Assembly (NCBI GenBank): GCA_002305115.1
Contig: DBQF01000005.1
Span: 1-53,430, forward strand
Reading direction: 5' to 3'
Length of the DNA stretch: 53,430 nt
Source: a candidate division WWE3 bacterium UBA1401
GTDB taxonomy: Bacteria > Patescibacteriota > WWE3 > UBA101185 > UBA10185
Position 1 is the stretch's first letter; every line of letters starts with the position of its first letter. Shown here piece after piece: positions 52,681 through 53,430 of this stretch. A program made the position numbers and the translations under genes. The notes beneath the pieces were generated by a model. It did not search any database and was not told the DNA's origin. It worked only from the letters and a program-made list of their open reading frames with translations.

Positions 52681-52737
52681 CCTGTGCATAAAGCACTATC
52701 TCGACAAACTCCTCCCTATCTAATACAATTTAACCAA

Positions 52738-53331
52738 ATGAATATCTATGATGTTACCAATTTCCTGGGGGTGACAAACACCAAAGACAAAGAACCAAAT
52801 CCTGCGGCAAATCCAAGATTTAATTTAGAAACTGCCGGAGAAAAGAAGACATTGTACAAATGGGAAGCTCCTTCCAGAATTCAGAAAAAAGGCTTTGATC
52901 AAAAAACAGTCAAGACCATGCTGATCATCTTTTCTGTTGTAGCACTTTTGCTGATTATCATGCAGGAATTTTTCCTAATACTGGTAATTGCGAGCCTGGC
53001 ATTTGTCAGTTATATTCTTACAGCCACGCCCCCTGAAACATTAACCTTTGAGCTTAGCACACATGGGGTTAATTACAGCGGACAGTTTTATTACTGGAAT
53101 GATTTAAAGTCTTTCTTTATTACTCAAAATGACGATGGCAGCTTCATGCTTAATATTGATGTACTTAACCAGTTGCCGGGCAGGTTGTTCATGATAATAA
53201 AAAGTGAGGATAAGGAGGCGATCAGGGAAATAGTTAATAGATACCTGCCGGAAATGGAAGGTCCACCAACTACTGTTTTAGATAAAGCGATGAATAGCGT
53301 GAAGGATAAGTTTGATCTTTCCGGCAAATAA
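52738..53331 (+). CDS. Hypothetical membrane protein (possibly DUF5673-like)
   Basis: Central two-TM hairpin. Start moved to ATG 52738, 8 nt after TACAAT. Confidence 0.7.
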   Translation: MNIYDVTNFLGVTNTKDKEPNPAANPRFNLETAGEKKTLYKWEAPSRIQKKGFDQKTVKTMLIIFSVVALLLIIMQEFFLILVIASLAFVSYILTATPPETLTFELSTHGVNYSGQFYYWNDLKSFFITQNDDGSFMLNIDVLNQLPGRLFMIIKSEDKEAIREIVNRYLPEMEGPPTTVLDKAMNSVKDKFDLSGK

Positions 53332-53365
53332 AATTCCAGTTTTTTAGTATAATACTAACGTTTGA

Positions 53366-53430
53366 GTGCCCGTAGTTCAGCGGATAGAACGCAACGTTGC
53401 GGACGTTGAGGTCGGGGGTTCGAGTCCCTC
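53366..53430 (+). tRNA. tRNA-Arg(GCG), truncated by window end
   Basis: GTGCCCG 5' strand, GTTC/GAAC D stem, CAACG-TTGCGGA-CGTTG anticodon arm, GGTTCGAGTCC T arm. Confidence 0.93.

Noticed and set aside
52443-52723. 82-aa and 67-aa ORFs
   Set aside because: They overlap tRNA-Ser and its trailer repeats.
1-53430. CRISPR array
   Set aside because: The palindromes are dispersed or paired; there is no run of equal repeats with unique spacers and no cas gene.
1-53430. Genetic code 25 (UGA=Gly)
   Set aside because: TGA terminates well-conserved genes at expected lengths (mutM, metG, nth).

Overview
Chromosomal window from a reduced-genome Patescibacteria/CPR bacterium using the standard code. 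WWE3 or Microgenomates is my inference from 16S primer-site variants, the archaeal/eukaryal-type ATP-dependent ligase, tRNA-Arg(GCG) and protein style. It runs from the 5' end of a 16S rRNA gene (- strand) to a truncated tRNA-Arg. Housekeeping content: mnmA, mutM, recF, lig, lgt, nth, rsmA, pcrA/uvrD, metG, smpB, tmRNA, prs, tRNA-Ser, a non-oxidative pentose-phosphate cluster and a divergent Ca-transporter pair. The most unusual elements are: (1) a 707-aa protein fusing an intact Fic domain to a cholera-toxin-like R-S-E ADP-ribosyltransferase; (2) a tmRNA gene that starts 19 nt inside smpB, so tmRNA maturation would make smpB mRNA non-stop; (3) a BpsA-like aminopropyltransferase fused to a pyruvoyl AdoMetDC domain; (4) a ~4651-aa modular surface protein; (5) -10 boxes 6-9 nt before the start codon at about 19 genes, suggesting leaderless mRNAs, including a 22-bp bidirectional promoter; (6) several short palindromic repeat families, some tied to a GIY-YIG gene at the tmRNA 3' end; (7) two candidate unannotated ncRNAs. 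No CRISPR array, integrase or prophage was found. All family calls come from motif recognition by eye; no database search was run.
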